Shown: positions 1 through 15,600 of the stretch, one piece after another
Layout: each line of letters starts with the position of its first letter
Position numbering within the stretch: position 1 is the first letter of the stretch
NCBI GenBank assembly: GCA_964016885.1
Contig: OZ024759.1
Location: forward strand, 8,494,001 to 8,558,000
DNA length: 64,000 nt
Direction: 5' to 3'
Source of the DNA: Eledone cirrhosa
Lineage: Eukaryota
Program-made: the position numbers and the translations under genes
The notes under the pieces: model-generated
Database searches by the model: none
Told to the model about the DNA's origin: nothing
The model's input: the letters and a program-made list of their open reading frames with translations, nothing else

Positions 1-340
1 CTTCTAGGAGAAGGCAACTCAGGAAACTGGGATAACCCCGACATAAAGCCTGCGGCTCAGTAGTTGCCGATGATGTTGATCTTTTCTTCTTTTCGGGTTA
101 TAGCTACTGTCTCTCAGAGAGTGGGATTGGCTCAGTGCACAGTCTTTCCTCACTTTAAATAATATCTTCACGCACAGACATTGCACGATAGAATTAATTA
201 ATTATTATTAATAATGGTATATCGTGCAATGGCCATACTCGATAACGAGGGGGCAGCCATCATATATGTATGTATGTATGTATGTATGTATCTATGTATG
301 TATGTATCTATGTATATATCTATGCATGAATATATGTATG

Positions 341-390
<50 letters not shown>

Positions 391-502
391 CATGTATGTA
401 TGTATGAATAAAAGGAAATACATATTTAAGTAATATATTCTACGTTTAATGGACTTGGACATACATACATATGTACATACATATATACATATATATATAT
501 AC

Positions 503-533
<31 letters not shown>

Positions 534-572
534 CATACATATATACATACATATATACATATATATATATAC

Positions 573-619
<47 letters not shown>

Positions 620-796
620 CATATATACATACATATATACATATATATATATACATATATATATATACATATATACATATATATATATGTATATACATAT
701 ATAGAGACAGACAGACATACTTTCAAGCGTGTCCATATGTATACAACATACATGTGTGTGTATGTATGTATATATATGTGTGTGTGTGTATGTATG

Positions 797-833
<37 letters not shown>

Positions 834-835
834 TA

Positions 836-880
<45 letters not shown>

Positions 881-1014
881 ATGTGTGTAGATATATGTAT
901 ACACACACATATATATATATATACATACACACACACACATATATATATATATATACATATACACACACATATATATATATACATATACACACACACATAT
1001 ATATATACACACAT

Positions 1015-1049
<35 letters not shown>

Positions 1050-1156
1050 AATATATATATACACATACACACACACACATATATATATATATACACATAT
1101 ACACACATATATATATATATACATATACACACACATATATATATATATACACACAT

Positions 1157-1197
<41 letters not shown>

Positions 1198-1314
1198 CAT
1201 ACACACACACACACATATATATATATATACACATACACACACACATATATATATATACACATATACACACATATATATATATACATATACACACACATAT
1301 ATATATACACACAT

Positions 1315-1365
<51 letters not shown>

Positions 1366-1430
1366 CACACACACATATATATATATACACACACACGCAT
1401 ATATATATATATACATACACATACACACAC

Positions 1431-1481
<51 letters not shown>

Positions 1482-1516
1482 CACATACACACACATATAT
1501 ATATATATACACACAT

Positions 1517-1549
<33 letters not shown>

Positions 1550-1584
1550 CACATACACACACACATATATATATATATACACAT

Positions 1585-1615
<31 letters not shown>

Positions 1616-1690
1616 CACATACACACACACACACATATATATATATACACACACATACACACACACACACATATATATATATATACACAT

Positions 1691-1805
<115 letters not shown>

Positions 1806-1930
1806 CACATACACACACACACACATATATATATATACACATACACACACATATATATATATACACACATACACACACACACACACATATATATATATAC
1901 ACATACACACACACACACATATATATATAT

Positions 1931-1984
<54 letters not shown>

Positions 1985-2314
1985 ACATATATATATATAT
2001 ATATGTTTTAAGTAAAGTTTTGTACTTACAGTTAATTGTGAAATTCTGTGTTATTACAACGAGCGGCAGGTTGGATATAAAACGAGATGGACTGATCCGT
2101 CCCAGTCTCCCTTGGACTGCCACACCCCTCCCCATCGTCCAGTCCAATGACTGCCACACCCCTCACCACCGTCCAGTCCAATGACTGCCACACCCCTCCC
2201 CACCGTCCAGTCCATTGTTGAAATATACATGGCATCTAACACAATATCCTTACCACACCTTCTACTACCAAACACACATATCTATATTTATATATATATG
2301 TATATTTATATATA

Positions 2315-2412
<98 letters not shown>

Positions 2413-2461
2413 TATATATATATATACACACACACACATATATATATACACACACACACAC

Positions 2462-2561
<100 letters not shown>

Positions 2562-2563
2562 AC

Positions 2564-2634
<71 letters not shown>

Positions 2635-2724
2635 TATATACACACACACACACATATATATATACACACACTCACACATATATATATATATATATATTTA
2701 AATATACACACATATATATATATA

Positions 2725-2842
<118 letters not shown>

Positions 2843-2892
2843 CGTTATTCCGGGTTGAATCGGAGGTAACCACAGTAAGTAACTCAATACAT

Positions 2893-2943
2893 AGATTCCT
2901 GATGATTTCTAAAGAATGAAACAGTTCTAGTCCTGTAGAATCT
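2893..2943 (+). ncRNA. Type I hammerhead ribozyme (family B)
   Basis: AGATTC-CTGATGA-T.TTC taaa GAA.T-GAAA-CAG ttctagtc CTG-TA-GAATCT: perfect 6-bp stem I, intact core, GUA cleavage triplet (cut after 2937). Confidence 0.8.
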
Positions 2944-2945
2944 CA

Positions 2946-3025
<80 letters not shown>

Positions 3026-3099
3026 TATATATATGTATATATGTGTGTGTGTATATATATATATATATATGTTTGTATGTATGTATGTATGTATGTATG

Positions 3100-3130
<31 letters not shown>

Positions 3131-3288
3131 TTCTGTGTTTATGTATATGTATGTATCTATGCGTGTATACATATATATGTATCTATGTATATATGCATGC
3201 GTGTATATGTATGTATGTATGTATGCATGTATGTATGTATGTATGTATGTATGTATGCATGTATGCATGTACACGTATGTGTGTGTAA

Positions 3289-3336
<48 letters not shown>

Positions 3337-3347
3337 TATATTTGTGA

Positions 3348-3630
3348 AGGCGCGTGGTTGAGTGGTCAGAGATAGATTTGGATTCACAATTGTGAGGCTG
3401 TGAGTTCGATTCCCAGATACGTTATGTCCTTTATTTCACGTTGCTTCTTCTACCTGGAGTTACGATAGATAGTATTAGCAATTGGAAAGAGTACTGGGAA
3501 CATTGTTTCCTCGGTCCGATTTCACGAAAGTCGATCGACAGAAATTACATCTACAAGACTAGATATTATTTACCTATGTATTGAGTACCTCATTTAGCTG
3601 TGGTTAACCCCGACGTAAATCGACAATTTA
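3348..3630 (+). mobile_element. tRNA-derived SINE (family 2)
   Basis: GGCGCGTGGTTGAGTGGT...GTGAGTTCGATTCCC tRNA-like head; related copy at 43055-43270. Confidence 0.7.
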
Positions 3631-3657
3631 CATATTATGTATATATATGTGTATATA

Positions 3658-3692
<35 letters not shown>

Positions 3693-3735
3693 ATATATGT
3701 ATATATATGTATATATATATGTATATATATATATA

Positions 3736-3781
<46 letters not shown>

Positions 3782-3808
3782 TATGTATATATATAAATAT
3801 ATGTATAT

Positions 3809-3906
<98 letters not shown>

Positions 3907-3917
3907 ATATATATGTG

Positions 3918-3950
<33 letters not shown>

Positions 3951-3989
3951 GTGTATATATATATGTATATATATATGTGTGTATATATA

Positions 3990-4046
<57 letters not shown>

Positions 4047-4059
4047 GTGTGTGTGTGTA

Positions 4060-4245
4060 TTTAGTAATAATAATAAATTTGAAGACTAAAATCCAAAGAG
4101 GGTTCGATAAGGATAAATATATATCAAATATATAAGAACCCCAGAGCAAATATTTATTAAAATAACAGATTAAAGTTTCAGAAGATCCGTTAAGGGTGAA
4201 AGCACCGATTCTTTGCTTAAACTTTAATCTGTTATTTTAATAAAT
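4060..4245. mobile_element. Family D fold-back element in (TA)n with hammerhead-like fold at 4174-4223
   Basis: 4060-4178 is the reverse complement of the family D 3' region (compare 27607-27722) and joins exactly at stem I. Confidence 0.6.
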
Positions 4246-4260
4246 ATATATATATTATAT

Positions 4261-4321
<61 letters not shown>

Positions 4322-4323
<2 letters not shown>

Positions 4324-4692
4324 ACCAAGAAACTCACTCAGATGGTGGATGGGTGCTACACGAGAATGCTGAGGATGGCTCTGAACATTAATCAGTATAC
4401 AGTGAGGATGAAAAACTCAGAGCTGTATGGGAGCCTCCCAAAAGTCAGCTCAAAAGTGACACAGAGGAGACTGAGGTTAGCTGGACATGCTCACCGATAT
4501 CCAGAGTTGACATTGCACTCCGTGCTCCTTTGGAAGCCCCTACATGGACACACTGGAAGAGGAAGACCAAAGTTAACATATGTTGATGCCCTAAGGACAG
4601 ACACTGGTCTGTTGGAGATGCAGGACATGGCAGTGATACTGAGGGACAGAGACCGCTGGAGAGAACTCGTCCATGGATCTCGAGAATTTTAC
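4322..4692 (+). mobile_element. RTE-type LINE 3' fragment
   Basis: [21 protein letters not shown]...RRLRLAGHAHR...LLWKP.HG...GRPKLTYVDAL...DRDRWR is the typical RTE ORF C-terminus; flanked by microsatellites. Confidence 0.85.
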
Positions 4693-4729
<37 letters not shown>

Positions 4730-4734
4730 ATATA

Positions 4735-4780
<46 letters not shown>

Positions 4781-5211
4781 AAAAACAAATAACGAAACGA
4801 AATTAAATTTCGTTTCGTTTGTAACTCACTTTTGTATGACTGACGCTTAAACAATTCCTAAAAAACCAGTATGACTCTAAAAACCGGTTTGTCTGTGTGT
4901 TTACATACAGAATAGCTGGACACTCACAGTAAAGTGACCAGTGAAAAACTCGGTACATCTACATATGTATACGTGTGTGTATTCATATGCATACTAGTAT
5001 TTCAGTATACATATGTGGATGTACATTTTTAACTTAATTATATATATACATATATATATATATATATACATAGAAACAAGAAGTGTAAGTTAACAGATCA
5101 AACATTTTTTTAACCTGTTGACTTCTTGTTTGAAATTACTCCGGAGTAAACAGACCTACATGTGCACTCCGTTGAGTGCTCTACCCTGCATACTGAAGTC
5201 TCTGTAACTTA

Positions 5212-5346
5212 CCAACATGGGCGGAGATGGTGAGAGCAGACCTCAGATCGCTGAAACTCACCCAGGAGATGACGAAGGCCCGTGGAGAGATGTTGTGCGT
5301 AATAGGACCCGTCCAACCCTTGCAAGCAGGGAAAAGCGGACGTAAA

Positions 5347-5399
<53 letters not shown>

Positions 5400-5400
5400 A
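5212..5400 (+). mobile_element. RTE-type LINE 3' end with (ATG)n tail
   Basis: TWAEMVRADL..LKLTQEMT-like C-terminus; its 3' UTR is shared with the SINE end at 62822-62875. Confidence 0.6.
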
Positions 5401-5555
5401 GTTACCTGGGTGTAATTACGTAAGAGTGAATCCTCGATATGTAATGGTAATATATAATTTGTTTAATAAACGATGAATATTGTTCGACACACCAACTTAA
5501 TTGGGTGCCAATATGAAACTCTGAATATCTAGGAAAACCTATGATTAGCTCTAAT

Positions 5556-5737
5556 AATTGTTTCTACTTTTGGCACAAGGCCAGCAATTATCCCAGTGTA
5601 TTACTGGTACTTTATTTTATTGACCCCGATGAAAGGCAAAGTTAACCTCGGCGGGATTTGAACTCAGAATGGCAAGGGCCGTAACTCTATGCTGGAAAGC
5701 ATGGCGTCCGACCCTCTACCGATACTGCCAATCCACA
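5556..5737 (-). mobile_element. tRNA-derived SINE (family 1) with 15-bp TSD
   Basis: Box B-like GAGTTCAAATCCC and GCCTTTCATC core; TSD ATTAGCTCTAATAAT at 5544-5558 and 5738-5752. Confidence 0.85.
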
Positions 5738-5828
5738 ATTAGCTCTAATAATATACTGTACACATACATACATACATACACACACACTCTCTCTCTCTCT
5801 CGCACGCACACATATATAATTATATATA

Positions 5829-5878
<50 letters not shown>

Positions 5879-5894
5879 CATATATGCATATATG

Positions 5895-6700
5895 TCTAGG
5901 GCGGATAAAATTCCTGAGATCCATGGACGAGTTCTCTCCAGCGGTCTCTGTCCCTCATTATCGCTGCCATGTCCTGCGTCTCCAACAGACCAGTGTCTCT
6001 CCTTACGGCATCAACCTCAGTCTCCCTCTTCTAGTGTGTCCATGCATGGGCTCCCACAGGAGCACTGAGTGCAGTGTCAACTCTGGATGTCGGTGAACAT
6101 GTCCAGCTAACCTCAGTCTCCTCTGTGTCACCCATACAGCTCTGAATTTTTCAACCTCAGTGTAGACTGATTAATGTTCAGAGCCAACCTCAGCATTCTC
6201 GTGTAGCACCCATCCACAATCTGAGTGAGTTTCTGGGTCAGTGTCCAAGTCTCAGACCCGTACAGCAGCACAGACTCCACTACAGCAACGAAGAGATGGA
6301 TTTTCAGGTCTTTACGAAGGTCCGACTTCCACACCGATCTCAAGCTGTGGCACGCCACCCAGGCTTTGCTCTTCCTCTCGACCACATCATCTTCCGTATT
6401 CACAATCTTTGCTCCCAAATACAGGAAGCCCTCAACCAATTCTAGCGTCTTCCCGCCTACATTAGTAATCTTATCTGGCTGCTTAATATTCTCTACCAGA
6501 TATTTTGTCTTAATCTCATTCATTCTCAGCCCCACACTCATCGACACAGTCTCAACCTCCAGCATCAAATCCTCTGCCTCCTTCACTGTATTTGTCACTA
6601 AAACTATGTCGTCAGCAAATTCAGAATCTGATATCTTTTTCGCCTTAACTCTCCTGCTCTGAGCCGGTGTTACAGTAAAGCCAGAGTCCTGGTGTTTCTC
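5895..6700 (-). mobile_element. RTE-type LINE, 5'-truncated, with an internal deletion
   Basis: The minus strand encodes SEFADDIVL (RT catalytic motif), FLYLG and SVLLYGSETW through to the C-terminus. Confidence 0.88.
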
Positions 6701-7518
6701 TGAGCCAGTGTTACAGTAAAGCCAGAGTCCTGGTGTTTCTCTGAGCCGGTGTTACAGTAAAGCCAGAGTCCTGGTGTTTCTCTGAGCCAGTGTTACAGTA
6801 AATCTAGAGTCTTGGTGTTTCTCTGAGCCGGTGTTACAGTAAAGCCAGAGTCCTGGTGTTTCTCTGAGTCGGTGTTACAGTAAAGCCAGAGTCCTGGTGT
6901 TTCTCTGAGCCAGTGTTACAGTAAAGCCAGAGTCCTGGTGTTTCTCTGAGCCAGTGTTACAGTAAAGCCAGAGTCCTGGTGTTTCTCTGAGCCGGTGTTA
7001 CAGTAAAGCCAAAGTCCTGGTGTTTCTCTGAGCCAGTGTTACAGTAAAGCCAGAGTCCTGGTGTTTCTCTGAGCCGATGTTACAGTAAATCCAGAGTCCT
7101 GGTGTTTCTCTGAGCCGGTGTTACAGTAAAGCCAGAGTCCTGGTGTTTCTCTGAGCCGGTTTTACAGTAAAGCCAGAGTCCTGGTGTTTCTCTGAGCCGG
7201 TTTTACAGTAAAGCCAGAGTCCTGGTGTTTCTCTGAGCCAGTGTTACAGTAAAGCCAGAGTCCTGGTGTTTCTCTGAGCCAGTGTTACAGTAAAGCCAGA
7301 GTCCTGGTGTTTCTCTGAGCCAGTGTTACAGTAAAGCCAGAGTCCTGGTGTTTCTCTGAGCCGATGTTACAGTAAAGCCAGAGTCCTGGTGTTTCTCTGA
7401 GCCGATGTTACAGTAAAGCCAGAGTCCTGGTGTTTCTCTGAGCCGGTGTTACAGTAGAGCCAGAGTCCTGGTGTTTCTCTGAGCCGGTGTTACAGTAAAG
7501 CCAGAGTCCTGGTGTTTC
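6657..7518. repeat. 41-bp minisatellite, about 21 copies, derived from RTE RT-coding sequence
   Basis: Unit CTGAGCCGGTGTTACAGTAAAGCCAGAGTCCTGGTGTTTCT. Confidence 0.95.
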
Positions 7519-7875
7519 CCCTGAAGATTAGGCAAGTTTTCTGGTACAGCTATACTATCTCTTTTAATCGAGAAAGATCACATTAAAGTACCTTAAAATA
7601 AAGGAAATCATATGCGTCTTTTCTCAGAGGCAAAATTAATTCTTAACCAAACTAAATATTTAGGGCTCAACGAATTTATTACCTTTAACTGCAGTTTCAC
7701 AGGCCAAAAAGTCTGTGGAACTGTAGTTACGGGTAATAAATATTTAGCTTGTTTAACAATAAATTTTGCCTCGTTTCCCTTTATTTTAAAGTACTCTAAT
7801 GTGATCTTTCCTATAGTTAGTTCTGAGCCTTATTTAAGATAGATTGATATTTGTATATATATATATATATATATA

Positions 7876-8080
7876 ACAAAGGAATTGTGGTAAGAAACGA
7901 GATGGACCATATTGCACCAGAGTACTCAATACTTAGGGTAGTAACGTGGGAAATAGGAAAAAGAATGACCCCAACGGCAGAGCTCAAGCCGTTTCGACAG
8001 CTATTTCTGTCGGCTATTAGTCCAGAAATAGCCGTCGAAAGGGCTTGAGCTCTGCCGTCGGGGTCATACTTTTTCCTATA
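7876..8080. mobile_element. Family A fold-back element (hammerhead 3' half on both arms)
   Basis: Palindrome at 7952-8080 containing GAAA-[C/G]GGC ttgagctct GCCG-TC-GGGGTC; flanked by (TA)n. Confidence 0.65.
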
Positions 8081-8237
8081 TATATATATATAAATATATA
8101 TAATAAAATATTGTAGTTTGTGTATATATATATATGCCAGGGAACGTTTCCACGAACCAAAGTATCGTCTTCCTGTCTCCCTTCGGTTGCAACGTTTTTT
8201 GAAATATTTACTTCTGCGTTCACAGATTGACTTTGTT

Positions 8238-8288
8238 AGTTTCAGAAGATCCCGTTAAGGGTGAAAGCAGCGATTCTTTGCTTAAACT
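8238..8288 (+). ncRNA. Hammerhead-like fold with CAGAAGA core variant (family D)
   Basis: AGTTT-CAGAAGA-T.CCC gttaa GGG.T-GAAA-GCA...TGC-TT-AAACT; further copies at 4174-4223 and 27561-27611. Confidence 0.55.
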
Positions 8289-8312
8289 TGAATCTGTTAT
8301 TTTAATAAATAA

Positions 8313-8417
<105 letters not shown>

Positions 8418-8656
8418 TGTGTGTGTGTGTGTGCGTCTGCGTGTGTGTGTGTGTGCGTCTGCGTGTGTGAGTGAGTGAGTCACGGGTTCAATCAGGGGTA
8501 ACCAGAGTAAGTAAAGTAAGGTACTCAATACAATAGTAGAGTATATACAAAATTAAATATAGAAATAGCTTCTACGGGACTAGAACTGTTTCATTCGAAG
8601 GAAATCACCAGGATTTCCTTCGAATGAAACAGTTCCAATCCTGTAAAAATCATATT

Positions 8657-8770
<114 letters not shown>

Positions 8771-8804
8771 TATGTATATATATATATATATATATATACA
8801 TATA

Positions 8805-8881
<77 letters not shown>

Positions 8882-9185
8882 GTATGTACATATATATATA
8901 TATATGTATGTACATACATGCATCCATACATACTCACACCCATACATACACCCATACACCCATACACACACCCACACATACACCCATACATACACACATA
9001 CACACATACACACTTACACACATCCATACACACACCCACACACCCGCACACCCATCCACCCATCCACCCATACATACACCCACCCGTACACGTACACACA
9101 CCCATACACACACCCATACATACACCCACCCACCCATCCCTACATACACATCCACCCATAGACGCACACATCCACCCATCCGTAG

Positions 9186-9236
9186 GGCGGCAATGGCGGG
9201 GACAGAGAGCGAGTCAGCCGACTGCTCACGTCTCAG
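9186..9236 (+). CDS. Putative penultimate exon of an unidentified gene ([17 protein letters not shown])
   Basis: 51-nt GC-rich island between microsatellites, bounded by CGTAG| and CAG|GTATGT; joins in frame to 12546. Confidence 0.5.
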
Positions 9237-9303
9237 GTATGTGCTCAAATTTATCACAGAACGCTAAACTGTTTTATTGACGGACGCAAACAGTGTGAAA
9301 TAC

Positions 9304-11320
9304 TGTGGTGGTGGTGTAGTGGTGGTGGTGGTGTGGTGGTGGTGTAGTGGTGGTGGTGTTGTGGTGGTGGTGTTGTGGTGGTGGTGTTGTGGTGGTGTGG
9401 TGGTGTGGTGGTGTTGTGGTGGTGGTGTGGTGGTGTGGTGGTGGTGTGGTGGTGTTGTGGTGGTGGTGTTGTGGTGGTGTAGTGGTGGTGGTGGTGTTGT
9501 GGTGGTGGTGGTGTAGTGGTGGTGGTGGTGTAGTGGTGGTGTGGTGGTGGTGTTGTGGTGGTGGTGTGGTGGTGGTGGTGGTGTGGTGGTGGTGTGGTGG
9601 TGGTGTGGTGGTGGTGTGGTGGTGTAGTGGTGGTGTTGTGGTGGTGTAGTGTTGGTGGTGGTGGTGGTGTAGTGGTGGTGTGGTGTTGGTGGTAGTGGTG
9701 GTGGTGTGGTGGTGGTGTGGTGGTGGTGTAGTGGTGGTGTGGTGGTGGTGTTGTGGTGGTGGTGTGGTGGTGTGGTGGTGGTGGTGGTGGTGGTGTAGTG
9801 GTGGTGTGGTGGTGGTGTTGTGGTGGTGGTGTGGTGGTGTGGTGGTGGTGGTGGTGGTGGTGTAGTGGTGGTGTGGTGGTGGTGTGGTGGTGTAGTGGTG
9901 GTGGTGGTAGTGGTGGTGTAGTGGTGGTGGTGGTGGTAGTGGTGGTGTGGTGGTGTTGTGGTGTGGTGGTGGTAGTGGTGGTGGTGTAGTGGTGGTGTGG
10001 TGGTGTGGTGGTGGTGGTGTGGTGGTGGTGTGGTGGTGGTGGTAGTGGTGGTGGTGGTAGTAGTGGTGGTGTAGTGGTGGTGTGGTGGTGGTGGTGTGGT
10101 GGTGGTGGTGGTGGTGGTAGTAGTGTTGGTGTTGTAGTGGTGGTGATGATGGAGGTGGTGGTGGTGGTGGTGTGGTGGTGTTGTTGGTTGTGGTGGTAGT
10201 GGTGGTGGTGGTGGTGGTGGTGGTGGTGTTGGTGGTTGTGGTGGTGGTGTTGTTGGTTGTGGTGGTGGTGGTGGTGGTGTGGTGATGATGGAGGTGGTGG
10301 TGGTGGTGGTGTGGTGGTGGTGGTAGTGGTGGTGGTGGTGGTGGTGGTGTGGTGGTGGTGGTAGTGGTGGTGGTGGTGGTGGTGGTGTAGTGGTGGTGGT
10401 GGTGTAGTGGTGGTGGTGGTGGTGTGGTGGTGGTGGTGGTGGTGGTGGTGGTGGTGTGGTGGTGGTGTAGTGGTGGTGTGGTGGTGGTGGTGGTGGTGGT
10501 GGTGGTGTGGTGGTGGTGGTGGTGGTGGTGGTGGTGTGGTGGTGGTGTAGTGGTGGTGTGGTGGTGGTGGTGGTGGTGTAGTGGTGGTGGTGTGGTGGTG
10601 GTGTGGTGGTGGTGGTGTGGTGTTGTTGTAGTGGAGGTGGTGGTGGTGGTGGTGGTGGTGGTGGTGGTGGTGGTGGTGGTGGTGTGGTGGTGGTGTGGAT
10701 GTGGTGGTGGTGGTGGTGGTGGTGGTGGTGGTGTGGAGGTGGTGGTGGTGGTGGTGGTGGTGGTGGTGGTGGTGGTGTTAGGGTGGTGGTGGTGGTGGTG
10801 TGGTGGTGGTGTGGTGTTGTGGTGGTGGTGGTGGTGGTGGTGGTGGTGGTGGTGGTGGTGGTGGTGGTGGTGGTGGTGGTGGTGGTGGTGGTGGTGGTGG
10901 TGGTGGTGGTGGTGGTGTTGTTGGTGGTGGTGGTGTAGTGATGGCGGTGGTGGTGGTGGTGGTGGCGGTGGCGGTGGTGGTGGTGGTGGTGGTGGTGGTG
11001 GTGTTAGGGTGGTGGTGGTGGTGGTGTGGTGGTGGTGTGGTGTTGTGGTGGTGGTGTGGTGGTGGTGGTGGTGGTGGTGGTGGTGGTGGTGGTGGTGGTG
11101 GTGGTGGTGGTGGTGGTGGTGGTGGTGGTGGTGGTGGTGGTGTTGGTGGTGGTGGTGTGGTGGTGGTGTGGTGTTGTGGTGGTGGTGTGGTGGTGGTGGT
11201 GGTGGTGGTGGTGGTGGTGGTGGTGGTGGTGGTGGTGGTGGTGTTGTTGGTGGTGGTGGTGTAGTGATGGCGGTGGTGGTGGTGGTGGTGGCGGTGGCGG
11301 TGGTGGTGGTGGTGGTGGTA
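9304..11320. repeat. Degenerate (GGT)n microsatellite
   Basis: Direct inspection; similar tracts at 22250-22780, 30147-30370 and 36170-36535. Confidence 0.95.
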
Positions 11321-11444
11321 TATGCATATATATACGTCTTATGTATGTATATATATATATATACATATAAATATATACATATATATATATATAAATATAC
11401 ATATATATATATATATAAATATATATATATATGCATGCCCATAT

Positions 11445-11776
<332 letters not shown>

Positions 11777-11798
11777 CATATATATATGTATATATATG

Positions 11799-11846
<48 letters not shown>

Positions 11847-12017
11847 TACATATATATATATATGTATATATAAATATACATATATATTTATATATGTATA
11901 TATACATATATATATGTATAAATGAGACGTATAGAGATTGTTTTAGCAAGAAGCTAACGGCATTCTATAACATATATGCGACTATAACGTCAAGATGGGA
12001 AAAGTAGTTAACGAAAG

Positions 12018-12145
<128 letters not shown>

Positions 12146-12200
12146 CTACTTATATATATATATATATATATATATGTACATATATATATATATATATATA

Positions 12201-12342
<142 letters not shown>

Positions 12343-12545
12343 CCTGACATGGTCGTGTGGTTAAGCAGTTCGCTTGGGCCAGCCCCGCCCCAATCTATAG
12401 TTCAACCTCATTCTGTGACAACTTGGGCACGTGTCTTCTACCACAACCTTACGAGTGTCATTTGGTAGACAGTAACTGGGTGGAAGCCCGTGGTATATTC
12501 ATTAACATATAGATTTACATATTGTGGAATAATTCTCTTCATCAG

Positions 12546-12662
12546 CTGTTCGCTGGAGATTTCAAGTTTCGACCCATTTCTGACGGTACTCTACCTCTAG
12601 CTGTGTCGAAATACATTAATGCTAACATGACACGCCTGAGTCGCATATCCTCCATAATGTGA
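12546..12662 (+). CDS. Putative terminal exon of an unidentified gene (LFAGDFKFRPISDGTLPLAVSKYINANMTRLSRISSIM*)
   Basis: Acceptor TTCTCTTCATCAG|; open to TGA at 12660-12662; AATAAA at 18627-18636, past the 37-bp array. Product not recognised. Confidence 0.5.
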   Translation: MFAGDFKFRPISDGTLPLAVSKYINANMTRLSRISSIM

Positions 12663-12694
12663 CACACTCTGAGCCACTGAGGGTGGGGTGAAGC

Positions 12695-15600
12695 CATGTA
12701 GCCCAGTTTACCTGACCTATCAATGGTCACACATGTAGCCCAGTTTACCTGACCTATCAATGGTCACACATGTAGCCCAGTTTACCTGACTTATCAATAG
12801 TGACACATGTAGCCCAGTTTACCTGACTTATCAATAGTGACACATGTAGCCCAGTTTACCTGACTTATCAATAGTGACACATGTAGCCCAGTTTACCTGA
12901 CTTATCAATAGTGACACATGTAGCCCAGTTTACCTGACCTATCAATAGTGACACATGTAGCCCAGTTTACCTGACTTATCAATAGTGACACATGTAGCCC
13001 AGTTTACCTGACTTATCAATAGTGACACATGTAGCCCAGTTTACCTGACCTATCAATGGTCACACATGTAGCCCAGTTTACCTGACCTATCAATGGTCAC
13101 ACATGTAGCCCAGTTTACCTGACCTATCAATGGTCACACATGTAGCCCAGTTTACCTGACCTATCAATAGTCACACATGTAGCCCAGTTTACCTGACCTA
13201 TCAATAGTCACACATGTAGCCCAGTTTACCTGACTTATCAATAGTGACACATGTAGCCCAGTTTACCTGACCTATCAATGGTCACACATGTAGCCCAGTT
13301 TACCTGACCTATCAATAGTCACACATGTAGCCCAGTTTACCTGACCTATCAATGGTCACACATGTAGACCAGTTTACCTGACTTATCAATGGTCACACAT
13401 GTAGCCCAGTTTACCTGACCTATCAATGGTCACACATGTAGCCCAGTTTACCTGACCTATCAATGGTCACACATGTAGACCAGTTTACCTGACCTATCAA
13501 TAGTCACACATGTAGCCCAGTTTACCTGACTTATCAATGGTCACACATGTAGCCCAGTTTACCTGACCTATCAATAGTCACACATGTAGACCAGTTTACC
13601 TGACCTATCAATGGTCACACATGTAGACCAGTTTACCTGACTTATCAATAGTGACACATGTAGCCCAGTTTACCTGACCTATCAATGGTCACACATGTAG
13701 CCCAGTTTACCTGACCTATCAATGGTCACACATGTAGACCAGTTTACCTGACTTATCAATGGTCACACATGTAGCCCAGTTTACCTGACCTATCAATGGT
13801 CACACATGTAGCCCAGTTTACCTGACCTATCAATGGTCACACATGTAGACCAGTTTACCTGACCTATCAATAGTCACACATGTAGCCCAGTTTACCTGAC
13901 TTATCAATGGTCACACATGTAGCCCAGTTTACCTGACCTATCAATAGTCACACATGTAGCCCAGTTTACCTGACCTATCAATGGTCACACATGTAGACCA
14001 GTTTACCTGACTTATCAATGGTCACACATGTAGCCCAGTTTACCTGACCTATCAATGGTCACACATGTAGCCCAGTTTACCTGACCTATCAATGGTCACA
14101 CATGTAGACCAGTTTACCTGACTTATCAATGGTCACACATGTAGCCCAGTTTACCTGACCTATCAATGGTCACACATGTAGCCCAGTTTACCTGACCTAT
14201 CAATGGTCACACATGTAGACCAGTTTACCTGACCTATCAATAGTCACACATGTAGCCCAGTTTACCTGACCTATCAATGGTCACACATGTAGCCCAGTTT
14301 ACCTGACTTATCAATGGTCACACATGTAGCCCAGTTTACCTGACTTATCAATGGTCACACATGTAGCCCAGTTTACCTGACCTATCAATAGTCACACATG
14401 TAGACCAGTTTACCTGACTTATCAATGGTCACACATGTAGCCCAGTTTACCTGACCTATCAATAGTCACACATGTAGCCCAGTTTACCTGACTTATCAAT
14501 AGTCACACATGTAGCCCAGTTTACCTGACCTATCAATAGTCACACATGTAGCCCAGTTTACCTGACTTATCAATGGTCACACATGTAGCCCAGTTTACCT
14601 GACCTATCAATAGTCACACATGTAGCCCAGTTTACCTGACCTATCAATAGTCACACATGTAGCCCAGTTTACCTGACCTATCAATGGTCACACATGTAGC
14701 CCAGTTTACCTGACTTATCAATAGTGACACATGTAGCCCAGTTTACCTGACCTATCAATAGTCACACATGTAGCCCAGTTTACCTGACTTATCAATAGTC
14801 ACACATGTAGCCCAGTTTACCTGACCTATCAATAGTCACACATGTAGCCCAGTTTACCTGACCTATCAATAGTCACACATGTAGCCCAGTTTACCTGACT
14901 TATCAATAGTCACACATGTAGCCCAGTTTACCTGACCTATCAATAGTCACACATGTAGCCCAGTTTACCTGACCTATCAATGGTCACACATGTAGCCCAG
15001 TTTACCTGACCTATCTCAATGGTCACACATGTAGCCCAGTTTACCTGACCTATCAATGGTCACACATGTAGCCCAGTTTACCTGACGTATCAATGGTCAC
15101 ACATGTAGCCCAGTTTACCTGACCTATCAATGGTCACACATGTAGCCCAGTTTACCTGACGTATCAATGGTCACACATGTAGCCCAGTTTACCTGACCTA
15201 TCAATGGTCACACATGTAGCCCAGTTTACCTGACCTATCAATGGTCACACATGTAGCCCAGTTTACCTGACGTATCAATGGTCACACATGTAGCCCAGTT
15301 TACCTGACCTATCAATGGTCACACATGTAGCCCAGTTTACCTGACGTATCAATGGTCACACATGTAGCCCAGTTTACCTGACCTATCAATAGTCACACAT
15401 GTAGCCCAGTTTACCTGACCTATCAATGGTCACACATGTAGCCCAGTTTACCTGACCTATCAATGGTCACACATGTAGCCCAGTTTACCTGACGTATCAA
15501 TGGTCACACATGTAGCCCAGTTTACCTGACCTATCAATAGTCACACATGTAGCCCAGTTTACCTGACCTATCAATGGTCACACATGTAGCCCAGTTTACC

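Noticed and set aside
2030-2215. Non-repetitive island with three 32-bp repeats and splice-like signals on both strands
   Set aside because: Strand and frame are ambiguous, with no consistent join to other candidate exons.
10777-11010. TTAGGG hexamers in the G-rich tract
   Set aside because: Isolated variants within (GGT)n, not a telomeric array.
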